A DNA stretch of 32,000 nucleotides from Haloquadratum walsbyi C23 (GCF_000237865.1 NC_017457.1:68259-100258), one strand, 5' to 3'; positions 1 through 9,617 are shown, counted from the stretch's first letter. Numbers and translations are program-made. Notes: generated by a model from the letters alone, not told the origin.

Positions 1-830
1 CTATCCCTGGTCTAAATCGTAATGATGCTTATAATTTAAATACGCTTATTCCACCGCTTTCAGAACAGCAGAAGATTGCTACCGTCCTCCGCACCGTTGA
101 CCAAGCGATTCAGAAGACTGAGGAGATCATAGAGCAAACTCGACGAGCAAAAACAGGTATACAGCAAGAGTTGTTTACGCAAGGATACTATGACCACAGG
201 TTTTTTGTGGAGACAAGAGTTGGCGAGTTACCAGAATCGTGGCGGTTAGAAAAAATAAAAAACCATACTGAACTTGTCTCTGGTGCTCACGTGAAATCGG
301 AGTTAGTCTCTGATGATAGTTCTCTCACGCCGTATCTTACTGGGCCTGAAGACTTCGATGAACTTGGGTTTACAATGACCAAGTATACCGATGAGCCAAC
401 AAAATTCTGTAAAGAAGGAGACACACTTGTCACTGTCAAGGGTTCTGGGTGTGGAAAATCTACGTTCGCAGACCGACGTGCCTGTATTAGCAGACAACTC
501 AAAGCACTACGACCGAATGGTAAACTGGAAGAACTCTACTTATTTTACTTTGTTGAGACCAAGCAGAAACTTTTGAAAAGCCTTGCAGAGGGTTCTGCGA
601 TTCCAGGGTTGTCCAACTCCCATCTAACGGCTTTGGATATTCCGATTCCAAGTATAGAGGAGCAACGCAAAGTGGGTGAGGTCTTGAAAAAATACGACGA
701 CAGGATTGTCTATGAAAAAAAGTATAAGTCTCAACTCCAGCGTCTCAAACACGGTTTGATGCAAGACCTCCTCTCAGGCGACGTCCGAACAGCCGACGTT
801 GATATAGAGATTCCACAGGAGGTCGCATAG
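1..830 (+). CDS. hsdS: Type I R-M specificity subunit HsdS, 5'-truncated by the window edge (frame open from nt 3)
   Basis: Frame 3 is open from the window start. The translation IPGLNRNDAYNLNTLIPPLSEQQKIATVLRTVDQAIQKTEEIIEQTRRAK is the central conserved HsdS helix. A second target-recognition domain follows, then the C-terminal conserved helix LQRLKHGLMQDLLSGDVRT. Both helices recur nearly verbatim in the hsdS at 1097..2452. Confidence 0.85.
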   Translation, partial: IPGLNRNDAYNLNTLIPPLSEQQKIATVLRTVDQAIQKTEEIIEQTRRAKTGIQQELFTQGYYDHRFFVETRVGELPESWRLEKIKNHTELVSGAHVKSELVSDDSSLTPYLTGPEDFDELGFTMTKYTDEPTKFCKEGDTLVTVKGSGCGKSTFADRRACISRQLKALRPNGKLEELYLFYFVETKQKLLKSLAEGSAIPGLSNSHLTALDIPIPSIEEQRKVGEVLKKYDDRIVYEKKYKSQLQRLKHGLMQDLLSGDVRTADVDIEIPQEVA

Positions 831-831
831 T

Positions 832-1104
832 ATGGGTAGTGTCATATCTAAAGGCTGGGTCAATCATCTCACTATGAAGTGTTGGGAATGGACTGTAGTA
901 GAGCGGGTAAGTCGGACAGTCAGGATGGAAGAGATCCGCGAAAACGACTACAATCTGAATATCGATTTATACGTCGATACGACCAAACCAGAGGAAGATA
1001 TTGACGTACAGGAGGAACTGGCGGAACTACGCGAGTTGCAGGCAGAACGAGACGAGATTGAAGCGAAGATGACCCAGCATATGGAGGCTCTGAATTATGA
1101 GTGA
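832..1104 (+). pseudogene. hsdM: 3' remnant of Type I methyltransferase subunit hsdM (only about the last 70 codons are HsdM-like)
   Basis: The ORF tail VERVSRTVRMEEIRENDYNLNIDLYVDTTKPEEDIDVQEELAELRELQAERDEIEAKM matches the canonical extreme C-terminus of HsdM (..EEI..NDYNLNI.RYV..). No AdoMet-binding or NPPF/Y motif is present. Its stop overlaps the next hsdS start (ATGAGTGA at 1097-1104), as at a genuine hsdM-hsdS junction. Confidence 0.7.
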
Positions 1105-2452
1105 GGACATTACGCTGGATAAGTTCACAGAGGCTACCGCCTCTCAAGAGCGACAGGAGACACCAATAGGTGAGCTCCCAGTTGACTGGGACGTAGAGTG
1201 GTTGAAAGACGCAGTTGGGATTAATCCTGATGGTTTCTCTGAGGATGACTGGTCATCAGAGACATTTGAGTATATCTCGCTCTCAGAGGCATCTAATGGC
1301 GAAATAGAAAACAGTAAGACAATTCCTATCACGGACGCTCCAAGTCGGGCACAAAGAACAGTTCAGCAGGGTGATGTACTTGTGGGGACTGTCCGTCCAA
1401 AACAGAAAAGCCACGGGTTTGTCAGTGAGGAACACGCTGGGAAAATCTGTTCTTCTGGCTTTGGTGTCTTGCGAACTGAAACCCATTTTAACTCCCGCTA
1501 TCTTCTTCAAGAAATCCTCTCAAACCGATTTTTTTCCCAGATGGAGGCATATGTTGCAGGTTCAGGCTACCCTGCTGTCAAAATCAGTGACCTGAAGAAG
1601 CATCGAATTTCCATCCCACCTCTTGTGGAACAGAGGAAAATCGCAACCGTCCTCCACACCATCGACCAAGCGATTCAGAAGACCGAGGAAATTATCCAGG
1701 GGCTCCAAACGGCTCGTAAAGGACTTACTCAACAGTTATTGCGTTCTGGTTTTGAGGACGAAGCCAATTTAGTAAGCACCCGTTCTGGTCCTATCTCATT
1801 TGAGATCCCTTCTCATTGGAATGTTGTGACGATTGATAATATTACTGACAATATATATCGGTATCCAACCTATCAAAATATTGATTACGTAGATGAAGGT
1901 GTTCCAGAGGTGAGAATTGGTATGTTAGACGGGGAGGGTTATATCGAACGAGGTGATGAAAAGTACATCTCTGAATCAACCTCAGAAGAATATCCCCGTA
2001 CACAACTTGAACACGGTGATACGGTGATGGCTGTAAGGGGCGCTACGTTAGGAAAGACCGCCTCTGTTCCAGAGTGGTTAGATGGGGGCAATATTAATCC
2101 GAACCTAATTCGTATTTGCTCAAATGATGAGGTCTTAGATAGGTATCTCACGGAACTTTTCCTGAGTGGTCTGGTTCAAAGGCAAATAGAAGCTTTCTCT
2201 CAGCAAACAACGGTGAAAACAATCAAATCTGGAGACATTCGTAGAATTGCCGCCCCTATTCCGCCTGTAACTGAGCAAGAAAGAATAATGGATATACTAT
2301 CTTCGTTTTCATCTCGTATTCAAAACGACGATTCGTATCTTTCCCGTCTCCAGCGTCTCAAGAGCGGTCTAATGCAAGACCTTCTCTCAGGTAAAGTCCG
2401 AACAACTAATACTAACATAGAAATTCCAGAAGAAGTCATCACATATGGTTAG
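1097..2452 (+). CDS. hsdS: Type I R-M specificity subunit HsdS (two TRDs plus two conserved helices)
   Basis: 451 aa. Central conserved region IPPLVEQRKIATVLHTIDQAIQKTEEIIQGLQ and C-terminal region PIPPVTEQERI...LQRLKSGLMQDLLSGKVRT. The ATG overlaps the upstream stop, and its own stop overlaps the hsdR ATG (2445). Confidence 0.92.
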   Translation: MSEDITLDKFTEATASQERQETPIGELPVDWDVEWLKDAVGINPDGFSEDDWSSETFEYISLSEASNGEIENSKTIPITDAPSRAQRTVQQGDVLVGTVRPKQKSHGFVSEEHAGKICSSGFGVLRTETHFNSRYLLQEILSNRFFSQMEAYVAGSGYPAVKISDLKKHRISIPPLVEQRKIATVLHTIDQAIQKTEEIIQGLQTARKGLTQQLLRSGFEDEANLVSTRSGPISFEIPSHWNVVTIDNITDNIYRYPTYQNIDYVDEGVPEVRIGMLDGEGYIERGDEKYISESTSEEYPRTQLEHGDTVMAVRGATLGKTASVPEWLDGGNINPNLIRICSNDEVLDRYLTELFLSGLVQRQIEAFSQQTTVKTIKSGDIRRIAAPIPPVTEQERIMDILSSFSSRIQNDDSYLSRLQRLKSGLMQDLLSGKVRTTNTNIEIPEEVITYG

Positions 2453-5417
2453 TATCCCATCCGAGCAGGGCGTTGAACGCTCGTATCTCTCGTGGCTTGA
2501 CGGGTTAGGATGGGAAGTCCACGGACAAGATGGAAGTCGAGGAGCGAATGTCCTTGATGTAGAGTACGAACGTCGAAGCAATGAGGTTATTTACTGGAAT
2601 TTACTGGCTGAACAGCTCATCGTGATCAATGACTCCCTCACAGAGGATAATGTCGAGAAGTTCGTTTCCTCGCTCAGACGTGATCTTGACGCTGAGAACT
2701 TGATGGACGGGAATGAAGCGTTCTATGAGTTACTGACCAAGGGAAAGACATTCTCAGTCAAGCAGAATGGGAGTGCCAGCAGGACGGTCTATATTGACCT
2801 GATTGACTACGAGAACCCAGAGAACAATCGCTTCCACGCTGTTAATCAGTTCTCTGTCTCCCGTGAAACGACGATCCGTCCCGACGTGAACCTCCTTGTC
2901 AACGGGATTCCGCTGGTGACGATGGAACTCAAGAGTGTCGCACAGGACAACGACTGGCACAACGCTGTGAGCGACCTCCAAGCGTACGAAGATGATGTAC
3001 CTCGACTGTTCGTCCCGACGCTATTCAACGTCGCCGCCGATACGATGGAGTTCCGATACGGGGCAGTCGGAGCGTCCAAGGAGTTCTATGAGCCGTGGAA
3101 TGATGCTCCCGAGCAGTACACAGATGACGGCGACGCAAAGCAGGCGATACAGGCACTCTGTAACCCGCAGACGATTCTCGATATTCTCAAGAACTTCGTG
3201 TTTTACGAGCGACGAGCAGGTGGGAATGCCAAAATTATTCCACGGCATATGCAGTACTACGCTGTCAATCGGATGCTGGAGCGGGTTGACCGAGACGAAC
3301 ACGACCGAGGGCTCATCTGGCACACCCAAGGATCGGGCAAGTCATTCACGATGCTGTATGCGGCAGAGAATCTACTAGAGCGGGCTGTTGCTCGTAACCC
3401 GCAGGTGTTCATCATCGTCGATACGGACAAGCTGAATAGTCAAATGCGAGACCAACTGGCGAATCTCTCGCTGGGAGCGTGGACGGAAGCAGAGAGCATC
3501 GACCATCTACAGGAACTTATCGAACAGGGTCAGAGCGAGCTCATTCTTACGACCATCCAGAAGTTCCAAGATGTTGACCCAGACAGTCAGGGGAACGACG
3601 AAGTCATCGTGATGTCCGATGAGGCTCACCGATTTATGGAAGCTGACCTTGGGAGTCGATTGGATGCCGCACTGCCAAGCTGCACTCACTTCGGCTTTAC
3701 TGGTACGCCTGTCCGTGAGGGTGAACAGCACAAAGACCGCAACACCTTCCGTGAGTTTTCACCAGAGGGCGAAGATTATATCCACCGCTATTCGGTCAAA
3801 CAGGGGATTGACGACGAGCTGATTCTCCCTGTGTACTTCACGCTCCGCCACGAGATGGAGTGGCAGATTGATGAGTCGGGGCTTGATGAAGAGTTTGAAC
3901 GGCAGTTCCGCGGACTGAGTTCGGATGAGAAGCGGGAACTCATCCGTGACAACGTAACTGCGAGGATGTTGGCGGAGATTGAGCCACGAGTACAGAAAGC
4001 GGTTGAAGAAATCGACCAGCATTATGAGGAGTCTGTTTCTCCGAACAACTGGAAGGGAATGGTTGTCACCCCAAGCCGTCGGTCGGCAGCGATGTACGGT
4101 GAACGGCTCGTAGAACGGCGAGGTAAAGACGAGGTCGAGGTTCTATACACCTCGAACAAGGACGACCCAGACCTCATCCAGCAGTTCCATACGGACTCTG
4201 AGGAACGTGATTCGATAGTTAACGAGTTCAAAGACGAGGACAATCCAAAACTATTGATTGTCCACAATATGCTTCTGACGGGATTTGACGCTCCGATTCT
4301 GAAGACGATCTATCTTGACCGTAACCTGAAGAATCATAATCTGATGCAGGCAATCGCTCGAACGAACCGCCCTGCAAGTGGGAAGGAAAATGGTGAGATT
4401 GTCGATTTCCAAGGCGTCTTTGAGAATATCGACGAGGCTCTCGATTACGATACGGAGACGCAGTCGTACGCCGCTCGTGACAAAGATGAGCTGTTTGACG
4501 ACCTCGTTGACCAGTTGGAAACGGTGATAGATATTTTCGAGGGGATTCCGAAAACAGACACGCAGGAAGCCACATCGGACGCAGTTGAGCAAGTGCTGAC
4601 ACACCCGACTCGCCGTGAGTTCAAGCAGGGATTCCGTCGGCTTCAAGATCTGTATGAGGCGGTCGCACCTGACAGTCGACTCGTCGAGAAGGACATCGAG
4701 AGGCGGTACAAGTGGCTGAGTCGGATTCACGTTGCGTTCAGGCGGACAACTAGCGGTGAAGATGACCCTGAAGAAGATATGCGAGAGAAGACCCGAGAGA
4801 TAGTCAGTGAAAACGTCGCAATTGACACTGTGAAACGAGACTTTCCAACGTACAAACTCGGTGAGGACGTCTTAGAAGAAGTGGATGAGATAGATAATCC
4901 GTCTGTGAAAGCCTCCCAAATCGCCCACGCAACCCAGGAGCATCTCAACCCACGAGAAAACCAGAATCCTCGATATAAGCGACTTAGCGAGCGGGTGACT
5001 GATGTTGTTGAGCGATGGCAAGGTGGCGATATAGCCGACCCTGACGCAGTTGAGGCGTTACAATCAGTCGAAGAGGAGATTCTGGAGGTTGAGGAAGAAG
5101 CTGAAGAGCAGGGAATGACCGATAGTGAGTTTGCTATCTACACGCACCTTACCGAGGAAACGCCAGAAGCAATTGAGTCAGACGAGCAGGCAGAAGCCGT
5201 CGCTAACGAGATTATTGAGCAGTTCTACGACCGTGTTGATCACGGGTTTGCTGGGTGGCAAACGAACCAGCAGACGATTGCTGAGATTGAACGCATCTTA
5301 CTGGACGTGCTTGTGGTGGAGTATGATCTTGGAGACCTGATCGATGATGAGTTTGTGGACACGGTTCGAGAGTATCTGATACAGAACCACGAAGCGACAG
5401 TTGACCACTATGAGTGA
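2445..5417 (+). CDS. hsdR: Type I restriction enzyme R subunit HsdR (SF2 helicase-nuclease)
   Basis: 990 aa. N-terminal PD-(D/E)xK-like segment (PDVNLLVNGIPLVTMELK). Walker A HTQGSGKSFTM (GSGKS at 3330-3344). DEAH at 3618-3629 (VMSDEAHR). FGFTGTP motif III. LLTGFDAP and QAIARTNR motifs V/VI. Confidence 0.95.
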   Translation: MVSIPSEQGVERSYLSWLDGLGWEVHGQDGSRGANVLDVEYERRSNEVIYWNLLAEQLIVINDSLTEDNVEKFVSSLRRDLDAENLMDGNEAFYELLTKGKTFSVKQNGSASRTVYIDLIDYENPENNRFHAVNQFSVSRETTIRPDVNLLVNGIPLVTMELKSVAQDNDWHNAVSDLQAYEDDVPRLFVPTLFNVAADTMEFRYGAVGASKEFYEPWNDAPEQYTDDGDAKQAIQALCNPQTILDILKNFVFYERRAGGNAKIIPRHMQYYAVNRMLERVDRDEHDRGLIWHTQGSGKSFTMLYAAENLLERAVARNPQVFIIVDTDKLNSQMRDQLANLSLGAWTEAESIDHLQELIEQGQSELILTTIQKFQDVDPDSQGNDEVIVMSDEAHRFMEADLGSRLDAALPSCTHFGFTGTPVREGEQHKDRNTFREFSPEGEDYIHRYSVKQGIDDELILPVYFTLRHEMEWQIDESGLDEEFERQFRGLSSDEKRELIRDNVTARMLAEIEPRVQKAVEEIDQHYEESVSPNNWKGMVVTPSRRSAAMYGERLVERRGKDEVEVLYTSNKDDPDLIQQFHTDSEERDSIVNEFKDEDNPKLLIVHNMLLTGFDAPILKTIYLDRNLKNHNLMQAIARTNRPASGKENGEIVDFQGVFENIDEALDYDTETQSYAARDKDELFDDLVDQLETVIDIFEGIPKTDTQEATSDAVEQVLTHPTRREFKQGFRRLQDLYEAVAPDSRLVEKDIERRYKWLSRIHVAFRRTTSGEDDPEEDMREKTREIVSENVAIDTVKRDFPTYKLGEDVLEEVDEIDNPSVKASQIAHATQEHLNPRENQNPRYKRLSERVTDVVERWQGGDIADPDAVEALQSVEEEILEVEEEAEEQGMTDSEFAIYTHLTEETPEAIESDEQAEAVANEIIEQFYDRVDHGFAGWQTNQQTIAEIERILLDVLVVEYDLGDLIDDEFVDTVREYLIQNHEATVDHYE

Positions 5418-6132
5418 GGTACGATTACACGAGCTAGAATTGCTGGGTGAGAGCGTCGAGTACGAACTACGGCGGAGTGCAGAGGCGTCAGAGCCACGGA
5501 TTGACGTCGATATTCACGGGGTGAGGGTAGTCGTCCCAGAGACTGCTGATTTTCAGCCAACAGAGCTACTGAAACAGAATGCATCGTGGGTGCTGGAGAA
5601 ACAGCGAGTGTATCAGAAGTATCGTGAGGAAGCCCCTGAGCGGACGTTTGAGGCTGGCGAGAGATTTCCGTTCCTCGGAGAAGAACACAAGTTGGTGGTT
5701 GAATCTCGGCAGTCTCACGCTGTGTCAGACCGGACGATTCATCTGCGAGAGAGCGCTGTCGCACAGTCGTCACTCAAACAAGCACTACGGAATTTCTACC
5801 GAAGTCGGGCACGCAAACACTTCGTTGATCGTGCCGACCAGTATGCTTCTCAGATGGGTGTTGAGTATAAGCAGATTGAGATTCGGAATCAGCGGACAAG
5901 GTGGGGGAGTTGTTCAACGTCAGGAACACTCGGACTCAACTGGCGGTTGATGATGGCTTCGCCTAACGTTATCGACTACATCCTTGTCCACGAGTTAGCA
6001 CATCTCCGTGAGCCGAATCACACGCAAGCGTTCTGGGATTTTGTCGCAGAGTACGATCCTGACTACGTGGAACACGCCGAATGGCTTGAGGAAAACAGTA
6101 CGCAACTCATCTTTTCTCAAGCCGACCTATGA
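5410..6132 (+). CDS. DUF45/YgjP-like (M48-type) zinc metallohydrolase, translationally coupled to hsdR
   Basis: HELAHLREPNH zinc motif (HELAH at 5989-6003) preceded by RWGSCS, which is typical of the YgjP/DUF45 family. The ATG at 5410 overlaps the hsdR stop (ATGAGTGA). The ORF-track start at 5401 is a TTG and less likely. Confidence 0.85.
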   Translation: MSEVRLHELELLGESVEYELRRSAEASEPRIDVDIHGVRVVVPETADFQPTELLKQNASWVLEKQRVYQKYREEAPERTFEAGERFPFLGEEHKLVVESRQSHAVSDRTIHLRESAVAQSSLKQALRNFYRSRARKHFVDRADQYASQMGVEYKQIEIRNQRTRWGSCSTSGTLGLNWRLMMASPNVIDYILVHELAHLREPNHTQAFWDFVAEYDPDYVEHAEWLEENSTQLIFSQADL

Positions 6133-6681
6133 AACTGCAAGTTGCTCTATTTCCGCCGTTATATCCTTGATAGACGACGAGATCTGGTTGAGGTCAGTAA
6201 GCCCAGTGCAGACAACCTTCCCGCTGGCGAAAATCAGGAGGACAGCATCTTGACCACGGTAAATTAGAGCAGGAAATTGCTCGGGTTCGTACTCGGCTTG
6301 CTCCAGTCCGAGTCCGATAGCAATTGCTTCTAACGACAGAGTCGAATCAACTTCTGCTGTTGCGACGATGTTCTTGATTTCGGCAGTAGGTTCGTATTCA
6401 AAGTTCAGTAACTCACGCATCAGCGTATTCACCCGCCTGACCACCTCCTCGAAATGTGCTGGTGATGTCGCTCCCACAATCGAGCATTTGCCACTTCGGT
6501 AAAACGGCACGTAGGTGTCATCGGGGGCAAAGCGAGCTTGCAACCAGTGGTTTTCAGATGGTTCGTAGGTGACAGAATTGACTTCGGATCGTTGTTCAAA
6601 GGTCTCAGCCAACGCCGATAACTCAAGCTCCTGCTGGTAGGTCAACATCCCAACGACGTTCGCAATCTCAAACTCTGCCAC
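6127..6681 (-). CDS. tbp: TATA-box-binding protein paralogue (divergent N-terminal repeat)
   Basis: 184 aa with two TBP repeats. The second is near-canonical (IKNIVATAEVDSTLSLEAIAIGLGLEQAEYEPEQFPALIYR...LLIFASGKVVCTG). The first is divergent (IANVVGMLTYQQELELSALAE...FYRSGKCSIVGA). Its 3' end overlaps the DUF45 gene convergently by 6 nt. Confidence 0.85.
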   Translation of the reverse strand: MAEFEIANVVGMLTYQQELELSALAETFEQRSEVNSVTYEPSENHWLQARFAPDDTYVPFYRSGKCSIVGATSPAHFEEVVRRVNTLMRELLNFEYEPTAEIKNIVATAEVDSTLSLEAIAIGLGLEQAEYEPEQFPALIYRGQDAVLLIFASGKVVCTGLTDLNQISSSIKDITAEIEQLAVS

Positions 6682-6864
6682 TATAGAGTATTTCCCAGGT
6701 GAGAGTAAAAAGCCACGAGTTCCGAGCGGACTACTCTGTGACTGATTGGAGTCTCACCAGTGCTGTTCTCTACGCTAAGTATTATATTGACTCTGCCAGA
6801 ATAACTACAAGATTACTCAAGCACAGATTATCTTGGATGCCGATCCGCACTCTGTTTTCCCTGC

Positions 6865-7941
6865 TCAAATATCATCATTTTCTCTGATAGAGATTTCGAC
6901 ACCACAGGCTTCTGCCATCCGCCCCAGTTCACGTTGTTTCTGATCCCAGCTTAAGTTGACTTCAAGATAGTATTCCTGTTCTAGTTCACGTGCTTGCTTC
7001 ATCTCCTTGTCGTTGTATGTTGGTTCGTCATTGACGATAGCACGATTCTTCGCAGGGATGTATGGGAGTGGCTCAATCGCAGAGATAAGGTCGTGATTTT
7101 GGATGAGGTAGTTCACTATCGACGCCATCAGGTCGCTCTGGACAGAATCTGTAAAGGTCTCAGCGACATCACCACTCTGAGAGATTTCGCCAGAATATGG
7201 CTGTGTTATCCTGTCCTCAGAGTCAGTTGATGAATCTTCATTATCCAATCGACGTGGAGTGTCCGTATCAATCTCGGACTCGATATCGTTGACGAGCCTG
7301 TCAATCATCTCTTTCGCTTGCGTTTGTGCTTCCGATTCGATAGCGTCAGAAACGGTGTCAGTGAGCAAATCCACAACCGCTGTGGCTAATTCTTCTTTGT
7401 CATCTGTCAGCGTATCCCGAGATTTTCGTAACTTCCTGATGTGTTCGATAATCGCTATTGATTCTTCATTGTGTATCGTGCTAACTTGATACGCCTCAAT
7501 GATACCCTTCTTGTCTGGAAGTTTCCGAAGTGTCGTCCGTTCAACCGCCTCGACTTTGAATTGTGAATCACTGTCACCGAGATATCGGTAGTAGAACTCA
7601 TACTCCTGTCCGTTGGTGAGAATACCCAATCTGACATTCTCACTCTGGAGATATGCACTCAGTTGCTCTCGATGCTTGGAGGTGAGCGTTTTACCCAGTC
7701 CCTTTGCTTCGAGAAATGCCACGGGTTGTCCGCCGAGTATAAGAGCATAATCGACTTTGAATGTTTTACTGAATGCCTTCACCGAGTACTCTAGTTCGGT
7801 GTTAGCTGGGATCTCCCAGCCAAGAAGTTCGATGAAATCGTTTAGTATAGACGCTTTCGTAGTTGCTTCCTGCATCTGCGGTGAATCCTCGATGATGGGT
7901 TGAGCAGACTCAACGTAGTCCCGAATCGATGCTGTGTCCAT
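6865..7941 (-). CDS. HsdR_N-like PD-(D/E)xK nuclease-fold domain protein with an acidic linker and an unknown C-terminal domain
   Basis: The N-terminal half carries the D...E-x-K...Q..Y...TNG signature (VDYALILGGQPVAFLEAKGLGK...REQLSAYL...LGILTNGQEYEFYY). ATG at 7941 (MDTASIRDY) is preferred over the longer track start at 8013. Confidence 0.7.
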   Translation of the reverse strand: MDTASIRDYVESAQPIIEDSPQMQEATTKASILNDFIELLGWEIPANTELEYSVKAFSKTFKVDYALILGGQPVAFLEAKGLGKTLTSKHREQLSAYLQSENVRLGILTNGQEYEFYYRYLGDSDSQFKVEAVERTTLRKLPDKKGIIEAYQVSTIHNEESIAIIEHIRKLRKSRDTLTDDKEELATAVVDLLTDTVSDAIESEAQTQAKEMIDRLVNDIESEIDTDTPRRLDNEDSSTDSEDRITQPYSGEISQSGDVAETFTDSVQSDLMASIVNYLIQNHDLISAIEPLPYIPAKNRAIVNDEPTYNDKEMKQARELEQEYYLEVNLSWDQKQRELGRMAEACGVEISIRENDDI

Positions 7942-8263
7942 TCTTACAAGTGATCTTCTCTCGTGTGATTCAAAGAAATGTGGGCAAAGACTCAGTAACC
8001 CTCCATTCGTCATTGGTCTCCTTGTCTGTAGTTACTCGTACTGACGCTCTTACTTCGTCTACGTGGGCGGTAGCTCACTCGCAGAACCTGTTTATTTCGC
8101 CCTGAGGTGATGTCAGTTCAGGGCGGAGGACTAGTTACCAATGGGCTTCCACGGTGGTGGTATCACTTCGGTGATTCTTAAAATGATGATAAATATCGTC
8201 GACTCTTCTTGTAGATGAAAAAATCCTAATACAGACAAGAATTATGTATTAAATTTTATTCTA

Positions 8264-8309
8264 CCTTATGTAACAATCTGATTCTGATATACTCTAATGT
8301 TACATAAGG
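8264..8309. repeat. Palindromic hairpin element, copy A (12-bp perfect stem ccttatgtaaca / tgttacataagg, 22-nt loop)
   Basis: Read directly from the sequence. It shares a 19-nt identical core (taccttatgtaacaatctg) and a similar 5' flank with copy C at 15179-15226. Confidence 0.8.
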
Positions 8310-8769
8310 CACAGCCGGTCGGTCTCGCAGAAACAGTGGTCTTCATAACGAGCGTGTTCCAACAAGACATCTATTCGACGGTTGCCAAGATTGTGATGCC
8401 ACAGTCACAAACCAGACAGTTGACCCAAAGGGATCGAATCTGAATCAAAGCTCCTTCTGTGAAATAATGCAAGCGATGCTGGACTGATTAGCAGGCTTCA
8501 AGGAGGAGATTATGCTTGGTATTGGGACAGGTGATGCTCGTGGTGCGTATGAGAGCTAAAAAACGAACCGTGATTCGGATGATTGAGACTGACGAACTGG
8601 GGGAAATCGACACAGATATATCAGCGCTCAGCAGATACTCATTCAGTCCTGTCTTGTTGAGGCTCCCAATTACAACAAAAGGGGCTGGTCCGAGGGTTTT
8701 CAGTATTCGCCCTCGAACAACTTCAATTCTCAATAGTGATAACCACATCAATTTTTTGTCATTGACAAT

Positions 8770-8970
8770 ATGGTGATGAATATGGACTTACCTGTCAAAT
8801 ACGGCACAGCCGCTATTATTAGGGTGCTTGCCATACTCGGCGTGGCGATGTTTGATGATGTCGGTATCCCTCTTGATCCTGAATTGCTTATTGTAACCAT
8901 CGGTGTCATTCCACTGTATATTTTATATCGGATCGGTCGCTGGGTAGTGGGTCTTATACAATCACCATGA
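8770..8970 (+). CDS. Small hypothetical two-TM membrane protein (66 aa)
   Basis: Two hydrophobic segments (AAIIRVLAILGVAMF; LLIVTIGVIPLYILY). The ATG overlaps the stop of a possible upstream ORF (8549..8776). There is no homology evidence. Confidence 0.3.
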   Translation: MVMNMDLPVKYGTAAIIRVLAILGVAMFDDVGIPLDPELLIVTIGVIPLYILYRIGRWVVGLIQSP

Positions 8971-9386
8971 GTGATAATCACATCTGCACAGGCGACGTCT
9001 CTGATTTTCTTATTCTTATTAACTGTCACGATCCCGGTTTACATCTCGAAAACGGGGTGTTCAATCTGATATGTCTATTATGGAAATAAAATAATAAACG
9101 CAGTCATGCGATTATTTATCAACTGAGTGACTACTGTCCTGACACAACTAACTCACTGTAACTGTGTGCGTACGATCTTTGCTATGTATCCAGCGTATGA
9201 TATTTTTTATCGAGATAGTATCAGTAAAGATGCCAATGTTCTCAGATCGGTATCTGCTGTTCTAATCAACTGCAGACAGACAGCGAAAGCGACAGCACTC
9301 GTAGTTTTTTATTCTCCCGACTAAATTTCAATTTGATACTTACAACCGCTAGAAATATTCTTGTCTCTGTGTCAGAACAGGAGCGT

Positions 9387-9617
9387 ATGGGATTATTGGA
9401 TAATTTCACTGGTGACGACACAGAGCTAATCGACGTGCAAAAATACGATGTGTCAACGACAATGAATTTGATGCGCATTATCGACTGGGAAGCTCAAGTT
9501 ATATTATATACAGATACAACACGGGAAGGTTATACGAGCGTCCCGTTTTCTGAGGCTAATATTAGTGCCGATGACGCTCCTGAGAATGTGAAACGAATTC
9601 TTGATTCACAGAAGTAA
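9387..9617 (+). CDS. Hypothetical acidic protein (76 aa)
   Basis: ATG at 9387 preceded by ggagcg. The composition is acidic and halophile-like (MGLLDNFTGDDTELIDVQKYD...). No recognisable domain. Confidence 0.4.
   Translation: MGLLDNFTGDDTELIDVQKYDVSTTMNLMRIIDWEAQVILYTDTTREGYTSVPFSEANISADDAPENVKRILDSQK

Noticed and set aside
8064-8126. A tRNA-like 5' string (gggcggtagctcac) and nearby hairpins, considered as a tRNA gene or tRNA-fragment att site.
   Set aside because: No cloverleaf can be folded. There is no D-arm closure, no anticodon arm, and no GTTCGAATC-type T-loop with a matching acceptor 3' half. The ggtttgaatcc at about 9665 and the gattcgaat at about 15518 also lack pairing stems.
8488-9029. 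Minus-strand ORFs 8488..8751 and 8748..9029, and plus-strand ORFs 8516..8776 and 9127..9324.
   Set aside because: Their compositions are basic or low-complexity and atypical for a halophile proteome. They overlap each other in several frames within AT-rich DNA. Only the two-TM ORF 8770..8970 was kept, at low confidence.
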